From NCBI GenBank assembly GCA_041287425.1, contig JBEULG010000028.1, forward strand, positions 36,299-100,298: a stretch of 64,000 nucleotides of DNA. Reading direction: 5' to 3'. The translations under genes were made by a program, and so were the position numbers. The DNA comes from Anaerolineales bacterium (GTDB lineage: Bacteria; Chloroflexota; Anaerolineae; Anaerolineales; Villigracilaceae). Within the stretch, counting starts at the first letter, position 1. Each line of letters opens with the position of its first letter. The notes beneath the pieces were generated by a model. It searched no databases, was not told the DNA's origin, and saw only the letters and a program-made list of their open reading frames with translations. Shown here in pieces: positions 19,933-28,596 of this stretch.

Positions 19933-20060
19933 ATATCCTTAACAGCAGGCTCTCGCTTTTTGCATCGAATATTCGCGAATTTCTCGAAGCAAATTCGTGT
20001 CATTCGATGCCGGTAATTCTTAATCCGGATAAAGTTCATTTTTCGCACAAGGAGAAGCCC

Positions 20061-20303
20061 ATGGATTCTGGAATGATCGGCAAGATTCAGAAAGCCAAGC
20101 GCTACGCCCAAGAACGACACCGTTTCACCTTCGAATCGTTTACCGTCAGCATCGCCGGCGAAAACAACACGCACCGCGTCCGCTACGAAAACGGAAAATG
20201 GCTGTGCGATTGCGATTTCTTCCAATCTCGGAATGTCTGCACGCACACGATGGCGCTCGAAGAACTGCTCAAAGACATGATTCCCACCCCGCCGCAGGCC
20301 TGA
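20061..20303 (+). CDS. Small SWIM zinc-finger protein (80 aa)
   Basis: ORF 19812..20303. Likely start MDSGMIGK (ATG 20061, AAGGAGAA upstream). CxC-x10-CxH signature WLCDCDFFQSRNVCTH. Confidence 0.7.
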   Translation: MDSGMIGKIQKAKRYAQERHRFTFESFTVSIAGENNTHRVRYENGKWLCDCDFFQSRNVCTHTMALEELLKDMIPTPPQA

Positions 20304-20324
20304 TCGGCATGCGCTGGGCAAAAC

Positions 20325-20366
20325 GGCCTCCGGGTTCCAAATGAGACCCCGGAGGTCTCTTTTTCA
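20325..20366 (+). terminator. Intrinsic terminator after the SWIM gene
   Basis: CCTCCGGG-loop-CCCGGAGG followed by TCTCTTTTTC. Confidence 0.7.
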
Positions 20367-20381
20367 GGTAAAATTCCACCT

Positions 20382-21428
20382 ATGAAAGGTTCTCTTTCGC
20401 GTCGCGATTTCCTCAAACTGGGCGGGCTGGCGTTGGGCAGCCTGGCCTTCTCCCCTTTCCTGCCTGAAACCAGCGCCTTCGAAGACGTCGAATTGGTGCG
20501 GGTGGCAACCGATTCGGTCAGCGTCCACGTCCAGCCGAACGACGAGTACCGCATCGTGACCACCTGGCCGCGCGATTCGGTCGTTCACGTCTATGAGACG
20601 GTGGTGGCCGAGACGCCCGCCTACAACCCGGTCTGGTACCGCGTCTGGGGCGGCTACATGCACCGCGCCCGCCTTCAGAAAGTCAAGGTCATCTACAATC
20701 AGCCCTTGAGCGCCATTCCAGAGAGCGGCCTGCTCGGCGAAATCACCGTCCCCTACGCCCAGGCCTACCAATATGACGCCCTGAACGGCTGGCGCACCAC
20801 CTATCGCTTGTACTACGAATCCGTCCATTGGATCACCGCCGTCGAAGAAGGCCCCGACCGCGGCCCCTGGTATCGCATCCTCGACGAGTTGGATGAGTCC
20901 ATCTACTACGTCCCGGCCCCCCAGGTGCGCATCATTCCGCCTCACGAATTGGACCCCCTCTCGCCGGAGGTCCCCTTCGAGCAAAAGCGGGTCGAGGTCT
21001 CACTGGCGGCCCAACTCCTGACCTGCTACGAATACGACCAGCCGGTCTTTCAGGCCACCATCTCCTCCGGTCTGGCAGGCTTGAGCGGTCCCGACCGCGA
21101 ACCGACCAATACCCCCACCGGCCGGTTCAACATCCGCGTCAAGATGCCCTCCAAACACATGGGCAACGCCGACCTGGCAGCCGACATTGACGACTACGTC
21201 ATCCCTGGCGTGCCGTGGGTGGCCTTTTTCACCGAGCGCGGCCACGCCTTCCACGGCACTTACTGGCACGATAACTTTGGCGTTCCGATGAGTCACGGCT
21301 GCATCAACATGCGCACGCCGGAGGCCAAGTGGCTGTTCCGCTGGCTGCAACCGGCGGCCGCCTTCGAGGAGATTGACAAACGCACCCTCGATCGCCGCGG
21401 CTTCGGCACCCAGGTCATCATCTATTGA
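20382..21428 (+). CDS. Tat-exported L,D-transpeptidase (YkuD domain)
   Basis: Twin-arginine signal SRRDFLKLGG. Catalytic region HGTYWHDNFGVPMSHGCINM. Confidence 0.88.
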   Translation: MKGSLSRRDFLKLGGLALGSLAFSPFLPETSAFEDVELVRVATDSVSVHVQPNDEYRIVTTWPRDSVVHVYETVVAETPAYNPVWYRVWGGYMHRARLQKVKVIYNQPLSAIPESGLLGEITVPYAQAYQYDALNGWRTTYRLYYESVHWITAVEEGPDRGPWYRILDELDESIYYVPAPQVRIIPPHELDPLSPEVPFEQKRVEVSLAAQLLTCYEYDQPVFQATISSGLAGLSGPDREPTNTPTGRFNIRVKMPSKHMGNADLAADIDDYVIPGVPWVAFFTERGHAFHGTYWHDNFGVPMSHGCINMRTPEAKWLFRWLQPAAAFEEIDKRTLDRRGFGTQVIIY

Positions 21429-21431
21429 GCC

Positions 21432-22661
21432 ATGCCCACCCTCCTCTGGCCGACCAAGTCGAAAGGCATTCCTCCCAGCGCGGCGCTGAACACCGAGGCG
21501 CTCATTTACCCCGGCGGACACGGATACCCTCAACCGCCAGTCAACCGCCTGATTCTGGGCGACAACCTGAACGTCATGGCTGCCCTGTTGCCCGAATACG
21601 AAGGCCGCATCCACCTCATCTACGCCGATCCGCCCTTTTTCACCAACAAACGTTACCCCGCCCGCATCGGGCGCGGCGAAGACTCGCGCCGCCCGCGCGA
21701 ATGGCAACTGGCCGAAGGCTACGCCGATCACTGGAGCGACCTGGACGCCTACCTGGACTTCCTCTATCCGCGCCTCGAACTGATGACGCGCCTGCTCGCC
21801 CCCACCGGCAGCCTCTATCTGCACCTCGACTGGCACGCCGACGCCTATGCCCGCCTCCTGCTCGATGAACTCCTCGGCCGCGAAAACCTGCTCAACGAAA
21901 TCATCTGGGTCTATCACGGCCCCTCGCCCGTCAGACGGGCGTTCAACCGCAAACACGATACCATCCTGGCATATACCAAAAGCAAAGACTACACCTTCAA
22001 CGCCGACGCCGTCCGCGAGCCATACAACCCCAACACGCTCAAAACCTTCGAGGCCTCCCCCAAAGCGGGCTTCGGCAAAGTCCCCAACCTGGAGCGCGGC
22101 AAAGTGCCCGAGGACTGGTGGTATTTTCCGGTCGTGGCCCGCCTGCACTCCGAGCGCACCGGCTACCCGACCCAAAAACCCGAGGCGCTGATCGAACGCA
22201 TCCTGCTGGCCTCCTCCCGCCCCGGCGACCTGGTGGCCGATTTCTTCTGCGGCTCAGGCACCCTCCCCGTCAGCGCCGTCCGCCATGGACGGCGATTCCT
22301 GGCCTGCGATATCGCCTGGCGCGCCGTCCACACCACCCGTCTGCGTCTGCTGGCTCAGGAAACGCCTTTTACCCTCGAGCGCGAGACATCCTGTCCCATC
22401 CCCTCGCTCGAAACAAAAATCCGGCTGGAAATTGCCGGCCGGAAAATCAGCCTCTCTCCAGGGGACATTGAACTGGATTACTGGGAGGTTGACCCCGCCT
22501 GGGATGGCAGCGTCTTCCGCAGCCGCGCCCAAGCCCGCCGCCCAGGCCGGCTGGCCGACATCCCCCTCAGCCTCGACCTGCCGGCCCCGCCCAGCCGGCC
22601 GTGTGTGCAAGCCGTCGCTGTCAGCGGCGAATGGATACGAATCACACCGGGGCAGACCTGA
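21432..22661 (+). CDS. Beta-class DNA methyltransferase (N6-adenine or N4-cytosine) with a ~110-aa C-terminal extension
   Basis: Motif IV IYADPPFF precedes motif I DFFCGSGT. YPTQKPEAL is typical of the Mod/ParB-less N4/N6 methylase family. No nuclease gene is adjacent. Confidence 0.85.
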   Translation: MPTLLWPTKSKGIPPSAALNTEALIYPGGHGYPQPPVNRLILGDNLNVMAALLPEYEGRIHLIYADPPFFTNKRYPARIGRGEDSRRPREWQLAEGYADHWSDLDAYLDFLYPRLELMTRLLAPTGSLYLHLDWHADAYARLLLDELLGRENLLNEIIWVYHGPSPVRRAFNRKHDTILAYTKSKDYTFNADAVREPYNPNTLKTFEASPKAGFGKVPNLERGKVPEDWWYFPVVARLHSERTGYPTQKPEALIERILLASSRPGDLVADFFCGSGTLPVSAVRHGRRFLACDIAWRAVHTTRLRLLAQETPFTLERETSCPIPSLETKIRLEIAGRKISLSPGDIELDYWEVDPAWDGSVFRSRAQARRPGRLADIPLSLDLPAPPSRPCVQAVAVSGEWIRITPGQT

Positions 22662-22678
22662 AACTCTGCCCCGGCTTT

Positions 22679-23341
22679 TCAGACGTCCAACCGGTATCCC
22701 ACCCCTCGGACCGTTTTCAAGAATTTCGGCTTCTTCGGATCGGCCTCGATCGCCTCTCGCAGCCAGGAAATGTGAACGTCCAGGGTGCGCGTATCATCGG
22801 TGTAATCCGTCTCCCAAACGTACGAAAACAGTTCCTTGCGATCGATCACCTCGCCGCGGCGTTCCATCAACATCTTGAGCAGGCGAACCAGGCGCGGGGT
22901 CAGGCGCGCCCTCTTTCCCAAACTCACCACCACGCGGTTTTCCACATCCAACCGGATCGGGCCGGCGTGCAAACTGTCTCGCCCATCACAGGGGAGCAAC
23001 TGGCGAATCCGATTGACCAGTTTCTGGACGGTAAAAGGGAGCGACAGGACCACATCCGCATCGCTCTTGGTTATCTCATCTGAGGCGGTCTGGATGAGGA
23101 CGATTGGCAACTTCCCCGCTTTCTCGCGCAGCAAACGGCAAATGCGCTTCCCGCTGGTTCGCAGCGAGGCGGCGTTGACGATGACGGCGTCGAAAGAATG
23201 CTTCTTGCCCAGTAACTTTAAAGCCTCGCTCCCGCTCGGCGCGGATTCAGTTTCGAATCCCTTCTTGCGAAGAGCAGGTACAAAAACCGGACAATCTGCG
23301 TGCTTGCCCTCGATGACAAGCAATTTTGCGGATGGCGTCAT
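22679..23341 (-). CDS. OmpR/PhoB-family DNA-binding protein with a degenerate (pseudo) receiver domain
   Basis: ORF 22679..23782. Likely start MTPSAKLLVIEG (ATG at 23341). C-terminal winged helix LTPRLVRLLKMLMERRGEVIDRKELFSYVW..VHISWLREAI..VRGVGYRL. The receiver has EGK for the acidic pair, N for the phospho-Asp (AVIVNAAS) and L for the conserved Lys (SLPF). Confidence 0.8.
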   Translation of the reverse strand: MTPSAKLLVIEGKHADCPVFVPALRKKGFETESAPSGSEALKLLGKKHSFDAVIVNAASLRTSGKRICRLLREKAGKLPIVLIQTASDEITKSDADVVLSLPFTVQKLVNRIRQLLPCDGRDSLHAGPIRLDVENRVVVSLGKRARLTPRLVRLLKMLMERRGEVIDRKELFSYVWETDYTDDTRTLDVHISWLREAIEADPKKPKFLKTVRGVGYRLDV

Positions 23342-23420
23342 GCTGCTTCGATTATACACCAATCTTAAATTTTCTTGTCCTTGTTCCGGGCCCCGGCCGC
23401 GACTCGCAGCCTGGGGGTGC

Positions 23421-23449
23421 TTGCCAATCCGGCAATTCGCATGTATACT
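23421..23449 (+). promoter_or_regulatory. Promoter TTGCCA-17-TATACT
   Basis: Read directly, about 30 nt upstream of the small membrane-protein gene. Confidence 0.55.
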
Positions 23450-23480
23450 GTCAGAAATTCGATTGTCAAAGGAGGAAGAA

Positions 23481-23828
23481 ATGGAAGCCGTTCCTGTCAC
23501 CCCTACCACACTCGAGGCCCCCAAGAAGAAGTCCAAGACTGGCGCCTTGATTGCCACCATCGCGACCGCCGTGTTGTGCGGCTGCCCCGGCCTGTTCGCC
23601 ATCTGCTGGGGCGCCCTCTCGGCCATCGTCAGTTTCTTTCCCAACGCCGACATCAACATCGGTGGCAGCAGCGACCCGAACACAGCCTTCTTTGCGGGCG
23701 TCGGCGCGTTGTGCGGCGGCATCATCTTTGTCGCCATTCCCATCGTCATCGGTCTCCTGACGCTGCGGGAAAAGAAACCCAAGGCCGAAGAGGTCGTTCC
23801 TGCCGAGCCTCTGCCCCCGGCTGCATAA
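23481..23828 (+). CDS. Small membrane protein (115 aa), hypothetical
   Basis: Part of ORF 22836..23828. ATG 23481 with AAAGGAGGAAGAA upstream. Two or three hydrophobic segments (ALIATIATAVLCGCPGLFAICWGAL; GALCGGIIFVAIPIVIGLL). Confidence 0.65.
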   Translation: MEAVPVTPTTLEAPKKKSKTGALIATIATAVLCGCPGLFAICWGALSAIVSFFPNADINIGGSSDPNTAFFAGVGALCGGIIFVAIPIVIGLLTLREKKPKAEEVVPAEPLPPAA

Positions 23829-23852
23829 TCTATATCCAGGTGAAAAACAATG

Positions 23853-23890
23853 CCTGGTTATGGCGTTTTCCATAACCAGGGCTTTGTCTT
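23853..23890. terminator. Hairpin terminator, possibly bidirectional
   Basis: CCTGGTTATGG-cgtttt-CCATAACCAGG, with an A-run before it and GCTTTGTCTT after it. Confidence 0.6.
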
Positions 23891-23902
23891 GGGCGCGCGT
23901 AG

Positions 23903-23945
23903 GCCCTCTCCGTCGCCAGCGACGTGAGAGGGCTTTTCCCTTTTC
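23903..23945 (+). terminator. Second hairpin with a T-tract
   Basis: GCCCTCTC CGTC..GACG..GAGAGGGC followed by TTTTCCCTTTTC. Confidence 0.55.
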
Positions 23946-23951
23946 GAACAG

Positions 23952-24800
23952 TCAGCGCAAGCGGGCAATCCGGTCGTGGACGTCGGCCGCGAAGCGGGCG
24001 ATGAACTGCTGGATGAATTCGCCCGGGTCCAGGCCGGGATCGCGAATCAGCGGCGTCAGGTCGAGGGCATAGACCATGCCGCTGGCGATATCGGTGCCGT
24101 GCGAGGCAAAATAGGTAGCATTAGCGCGCCGGCGGCCCATCGAGGCCAGGTCGTAGCGCTTGCCGCCGGCAATTTGCGAATCGAAGACGCCCAGCAGCGC
24201 CGCCTGTAGATTCTCGTGGGCCGAGACGTCGAACGCCACCTTATCGGAGTCCACCGTCCAATCCAGGTCGCGCCAGACCTCGCAGCCGTAGAGGCGCTGC
24301 GGACGTTCGGCCTCCGCCATGCGGCGGATGGCGGCAATCGTCCGCAGGGCAACGGCCACATGGGTGTCGTGCTTATCGGCCAGGTTGTGGGTATAGACGA
24401 CATGCGGGCGGGAGGCGAACAGGATGGCAAACAAATCGTCCTCCGGCCCGCTTTGGGCGCTGTCTTTGACCGCCTGGCTGGGATGATCGAGCAGAATCTG
24501 GGCGGAATACTCGCCGATGACGGCGGCCTTCTTCTGTTCCTTGAAGCGCACCAGGCGCATTTCCTCGTCGCTGTAGCCGCGGTACAGGTCGTCGCGCGGC
24601 GAACCACGCCCGTCGGTGACGACCACGCCGGTGAACCACTTGTCCGTCCGCTGGAAGCATTCCAGGATGGGCGCGGCGGCCATGATTTCCAGGTCATCCT
24701 GGTGGGCGGCAACTGCCAGATGCGTGGTGCGCCCCAGGGCGTCCTCCGGGGGGACGCCATCGGGAACGAACAACTCGGCGGTAGGCAACGTGAACTTCAT
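23952..24800 (-). CDS. PIG-L/LmbE-family N-acetylglucosaminyl deacetylase
   Basis: HLAVAAHQDDLEIMAA matches the AHPDDE zinc motif region. 282 aa. Confidence 0.82.
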   Translation of the reverse strand: MKFTLPTAELFVPDGVPPEDALGRTTHLAVAAHQDDLEIMAAAPILECFQRTDKWFTGVVVTDGRGSPRDDLYRGYSDEEMRLVRFKEQKKAAVIGEYSAQILLDHPSQAVKDSAQSGPEDDLFAILFASRPHVVYTHNLADKHDTHVAVALRTIAAIRRMAEAERPQRLYGCEVWRDLDWTVDSDKVAFDVSAHENLQAALLGVFDSQIAGGKRYDLASMGRRRANATYFASHGTDIASGMVYALDLTPLIRDPGLDPGEFIQQFIARFAADVHDRIARLR

Positions 24801-26212
24801 AGGCCCTCCTTATCACTTTGGGGAATCTCCGGCAGACTGGCCGCCGCAATTGACTGCCCCACCCGGCGGCTCTTTTCATCGGGCAACTGAATGTGAATGT
24901 GCGCCAGGTCGGGGAATTCGGCCTGCAAGACCTGCTGGGCGCCCTCCAGAATCAACTGCCCGCCGCGGCCGGAGGTGCAGCGGCCCAAAATCAGGACGTG
25001 CCGGATAGGATAGAACTCAGCATAATGAGCAATGGCATAGCCCATATAGATGCCCATCGTCTGCCAGATTTTCAGCGCTCCGTCGTGACCGGTTTCCAGT
25101 TTCTCCTGGACGAATTTGAGTTTCTCGGCATCGGTCACCTCGGCAGGAATCTGGATGCCGGCGCGCGGCGCCAGCCGAAAGACGCACTGCTGGGAAAAAT
25201 ACTGCGACCCCACGCCACGGTCGCCAGACCACTCATCGACGGGCGCCTGCGGCTGATAATCAACCGGCGCGAAGGCCAGTTCGCTCAGCCAGGTGACGAT
25301 GTGTCCGTCCATGTCCACGTAACCGGCCGCCTCCGAGGAACCCAGGGCGATGCCCAGAATGCCGTTGTCCTCCAGCGACATCGAACCGGCCAGGGCGGTC
25401 ACATCGCCGTCGTTGATGATTTCGAGCGGCACGCCCAGTTCGCGGCGGATGCGCAGGAACAGGTCGCGCACCTTGTGATAGTCTTCTTTGGGCACGCTGC
25501 GAAAGAGCGAGGCGACCATCGGACGGTTGTTGATGTAAATGCCCGCCGAGGAGCCGCCGATGGCGTCCAGGCGCGGCATTTTCGAGGCGGCGGTGCGCAG
25601 GGCGGTCATGATTTCGCGGTAGTGATACTCCGGGTCGGCGTGTTTGCGCGGCTCCCAAACGACCTCTTCGCTATAGACGGGCTGACCGTCAATGACCGCC
25701 GAAACCTTGCGGTCGGAGGCGCCCAGGTCGAAGCCGATGCGGCATCCGTCCAGGTGGCGGCCGAGGGGTTTGCCGCGTTCATTGGCCGGCGGGACCTCCT
25801 GCGGGGCGCAGTGTACGACCGTAAACGTTCGCTCATAGACCTGTTCGCCCATGAAGTGATAGTCGAAAGCGCGCTCCCCTTCGGGCGAATAGACGCGGGC
25901 CAGGAAGTCGGCGACCGCCTTCGGCCCGCCGACGTACAGCCGCCAGCCGCCGCGCGCCCAGAGCAGGAACTTGACCAGGCGTTCGACATACATTAGGTTC
26001 GATTCGGCCTGCGGGTGAGCCTCGGGGAGGAGGTACGTCTCGAAGCGGGTGAGTTCGCCGTCACTGCGCTCCAGGCCGAGGACGAGCGGGACGCCGCCGC
26101 CCGCCTCGGCGACCCGCTGCCGGAAGAGGCGATTGGCCAGCACAGCCGGGCGAAAGGATTCATCCAAAGGGGGAACGAAACGCGGGGCGACCAGGGGCAA
26201 GGAGGAAGTCAT
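24797..26212 (-). CDS. ROK/ASKHA-fold sugar-kinase-like protein with a ~150-aa N-terminal extension
   Basis: GFDLGASDRKV (phosphate-1-like), IINDGDVTALAG and GIALGSSEAAGY are ASKHA-type motifs. Overlaps the PIG-L start by 4 nt. Confidence 0.72.
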   Translation of the reverse strand: MTSSLPLVAPRFVPPLDESFRPAVLANRLFRQRVAEAGGGVPLVLGLERSDGELTRFETYLLPEAHPQAESNLMYVERLVKFLLWARGGWRLYVGGPKAVADFLARVYSPEGERAFDYHFMGEQVYERTFTVVHCAPQEVPPANERGKPLGRHLDGCRIGFDLGASDRKVSAVIDGQPVYSEEVVWEPRKHADPEYHYREIMTALRTAASKMPRLDAIGGSSAGIYINNRPMVASLFRSVPKEDYHKVRDLFLRIRRELGVPLEIINDGDVTALAGSMSLEDNGILGIALGSSEAAGYVDMDGHIVTWLSELAFAPVDYQPQAPVDEWSGDRGVGSQYFSQQCVFRLAPRAGIQIPAEVTDAEKLKFVQEKLETGHDGALKIWQTMGIYMGYAIAHYAEFYPIRHVLILGRCTSGRGGQLILEGAQQVLQAEFPDLAHIHIQLPDEKSRRVGQSIAAASLPEIPQSDKEGL

Positions 26213-26238
26213 GGGCTGTCCTCTAAAAGCAAAATTGA

Positions 26239-26252
26239 TGTAACCGGTTACA
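26239..26252. promoter_or_regulatory. Perfect palindrome TGTAACCGGTTACA (LacI/cre-type operator consensus)
   Basis: Fits TGWAANCGNTNWCA. Located 27 nt upstream of the kinase-deacetylase operon start, in the divergent spacer with rnz. Confidence 0.45.
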
Positions 26253-26341
26253 AAACCGGAACGGGTAAATCATAGTCGGGGCGCGGGGTTCTGTCAAGAG
26301 CAAGGCGAAAACCCGCTCAAAGAGTGAGGTAAAATAGTTCA

Positions 26342-27262
26342 ATGTTCGAAATCATCTTCCTCGGCACCTCCGCCTCGGCCCCCTCGGCCCGGCGAGGCCT
26401 CTCGGCGCAAATCGTCAAACACGACGAATACCGCTTCCTGATTGATTGCGGCGAGGGCACCCAGCGCCAGATTCTCCAGGCGGGGATTGGCTTCAGGCAT
26501 CTCAACCACATTCTGATTACGCACGGCCACCTCGATCACATCCTCGGCCTGGCGGGGCTGCTGTCCACCTTCATGCGCTGGGAAACCATCGAGGAACTGA
26601 ACATCTACAGCGGCCGCTGGGCGCTGGACCGCATTCACGACTTGCTCTACGGGGTGGTGCTGCGCGGCGCCCGTCCGCCGATGACGCTCAACCTGCACGA
26701 AATCAAAGCGGGCGTCTTCTTCCAGGCCGAAGATTTCGAGGTTTCGGCTTTTCCGGTCTATCACCGCGGCTCGGAAAGTTTCGGTTTCAAGTTCGAGGAA
26801 CGCGCCCGGCGGCCGTTCCTGCCCGAAAAGGCCGAAGCCCTGGGGGTGCCGGCCGGCCCGCTGCGCCGCGACCTGGTGGAGGGCCGAATCGTCCACTTGC
26901 CTGACGGGCGGCAGGTCCGGCCCGAGGAGGTGCTCGGTCCGCTGCGCCCCGGCCTGAAACTGATTCACGTCGGCGACGCCGGCCGGACGGAGGACCTGGT
27001 CGAGGCCTGCCGCGGCGCCGATTTGCTGGTCATCGAGGCGACCTATATCGAACAGGAAGCCGAGATGGCCCGCCAGTTCTCGCACCTGACGGCCCGCCAG
27101 GCCGCCGAACTGGCCGTCCAGGCGGGCGTCCGGCGGCTGATCCTGACCCACATCTCGCGCCGCTACCGCGAGAAAGACATCCTGAGCGAGGCCCAGGCGG
27201 TTTTCCCTGAAACGCAGGTGGCGCGCGATTTCGACGTCTATCAAATCAAATCAGAAGGCTGA
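26342..27262 (+). CDS. rnz: Ribonuclease Z
   Basis: MFEIIFLGTSASAPS..RGLSAQIV..FLIDCGEGTQRQ..ITHGHLDH, typical RNase Z. Confidence 0.92.
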   Translation: MFEIIFLGTSASAPSARRGLSAQIVKHDEYRFLIDCGEGTQRQILQAGIGFRHLNHILITHGHLDHILGLAGLLSTFMRWETIEELNIYSGRWALDRIHDLLYGVVLRGARPPMTLNLHEIKAGVFFQAEDFEVSAFPVYHRGSESFGFKFEERARRPFLPEKAEALGVPAGPLRRDLVEGRIVHLPDGRQVRPEEVLGPLRPGLKLIHVGDAGRTEDLVEACRGADLLVIEATYIEQEAEMARQFSHLTARQAAELAVQAGVRRLILTHISRRYREKDILSEAQAVFPETQVARDFDVYQIKSEG

Positions 27263-27265
27263 GTT

Positions 27266-27802
27266 ATGCCCCGCTTCGAACTCGATCTCGACCCTGTGGC
27301 CCACATTACCGCCGACGCTGTCGGCCAGCCTGGTCAGCGCGTGTTTTACCTGCAGGGGTGGCGCGCCGTTGACCCCCAGCCGGTGACCATCATTCTGGAA
27401 AAGATTCAGTTGCAGTCGCTGGCGGTGGGCGTGGAGCAGTTGTTGGCCGAAGTGACCCGTCAGCACCCGGAACTGACCGAGGCCCCCGCCGATTACGACG
27501 CAGAGAAAATGCGCATCCACCCGCCGGTCGATCCGCTCTTCCGGGCCGGCGAACTGGGCCTGGGCTACGACGCCGCCCGCGACCTGGTGGTCATCCTGGC
27601 GCGCGAGATTCTGGTCGAGGGCGATGACCCCGAACAGGCAGCGGTGGTGCGCTTCTGGTGCACCCGCCCGCAAGTGCGGCGGATGGCCCATTGGGCCGCC
27701 GAGGTCATCAGCCGCGGCCGTCCCATCTGCCCGCAGTGCGGCGAGCCAATCGAGCCGGAGGGCCATTTCTGTCCCAAGAAGAACGGGCATAAGAGAAAAT
27801 AA
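27266..27802 (+). CDS. DUF3090-family protein with a C-terminal Cys-rich zinc-ribbon-like motif
   Basis: FELDLDPVAHITADAVGQPGQRVFYLQG... and C-terminal ICPQCGEPIEPEGHFCPKKNGH match my memory of this Actinobacteria/Chloroflexi family. Confidence 0.75.
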   Translation: MPRFELDLDPVAHITADAVGQPGQRVFYLQGWRAVDPQPVTIILEKIQLQSLAVGVEQLLAEVTRQHPELTEAPADYDAEKMRIHPPVDPLFRAGELGLGYDAARDLVVILAREILVEGDDPEQAAVVRFWCTRPQVRRMAHWAAEVISRGRPICPQCGEPIEPEGHFCPKKNGHKRK

Positions 27803-27830
27803 AGTCATCCGTCTTTGTCGTCAGGGCGCG

Positions 27831-28541
27831 GTGGAAAACTCTCTGGCAGCCATCTTGCAACAGGGGGAGATAGAACTCAAGGGCCAATTCTTGCCTGGCT
27901 CGAACTACACCTTTCTCGTCACGGTCAGATACGCGGGCAAAGAAATCCCGGCCGTGTACAAACCGGTGCGCGGCGAGCAGCCCTTGTGGGATTTTCCCGC
28001 CCATTCGCTGGCCGGCCGCGAGGCGGCGGCTTATCTGGTCAGTGAGGCGCTCGGCTTCGGTTTCGTCCCGCCGACCGTCCTGCGCGACGGTCCCTTCGGC
28101 CGCGGTTCGCTGCAACAATTCATTGACTACAATCCCCGTTATCATTACTTCACTTTCAGGCTGGCCGACCGTCAGCGCCTGCGGCCGGTGGCCCTTTTCG
28201 ACCTGCTGGTCAACAACGCCGACCGCAAAGGCAGCCACCTGCTGATTCAGAAGCGCACGCGCCGTCTCTTTGCCATTGATCACGGCCTGTGCTTTCACGC
28301 CGAGGACAAACTGCGCACCGTCATCTGGGATTTTGCCGGCGAACCCTTCCCCGCCGACCTGCTGACCGCGTTGCGAGAATTCCGCCGCGACTTCGATGGG
28401 CGGCACGCCGCCGCCCTGGCCGCCTACCTCCTGCCGGACGAAATCGCCGCCCTCGCCGCCCGTCTGGAGGCGCTCATCGCCCGGCCGGTTTTTCCCTTCC
28501 CGCCCCAAGACCGGCGCGCCTTTCCCTATCCGCCGCTGTGA
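27831..28541 (+). CDS. SCO1664-family protein (PI3/PI4-kinase-like fold)
   Basis: Part of ORF 27624..28541. First in-frame start after the DUF3090 stop is GTG 27831. GSNYTFLV..VYKPVRGEQPLWDFP and LVNNADRKGSHLL catalytic-loop-like motif. Confidence 0.75.
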   Translation: MENSLAAILQQGEIELKGQFLPGSNYTFLVTVRYAGKEIPAVYKPVRGEQPLWDFPAHSLAGREAAAYLVSEALGFGFVPPTVLRDGPFGRGSLQQFIDYNPRYHYFTFRLADRQRLRPVALFDLLVNNADRKGSHLLIQKRTRRLFAIDHGLCFHAEDKLRTVIWDFAGEPFPADLLTALREFRRDFDGRHAAALAAYLLPDEIAALAARLEALIARPVFPFPPQDRRAFPYPPL

Positions 28542-28596
28542 GCGTTTACCGGCCGGAACAGGCCGCGCCGCGGTTTTATAGTACAATTCTCCCTCC

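Noticed and set aside
23342-23782. N-terminal extension of track ORF 22679..23782
   Set aside because: It has no homology signal and is antisense to the small membrane-protein gene, which has its own RBS and promoter. The receiver-like domain begins at the ATG at 23341.
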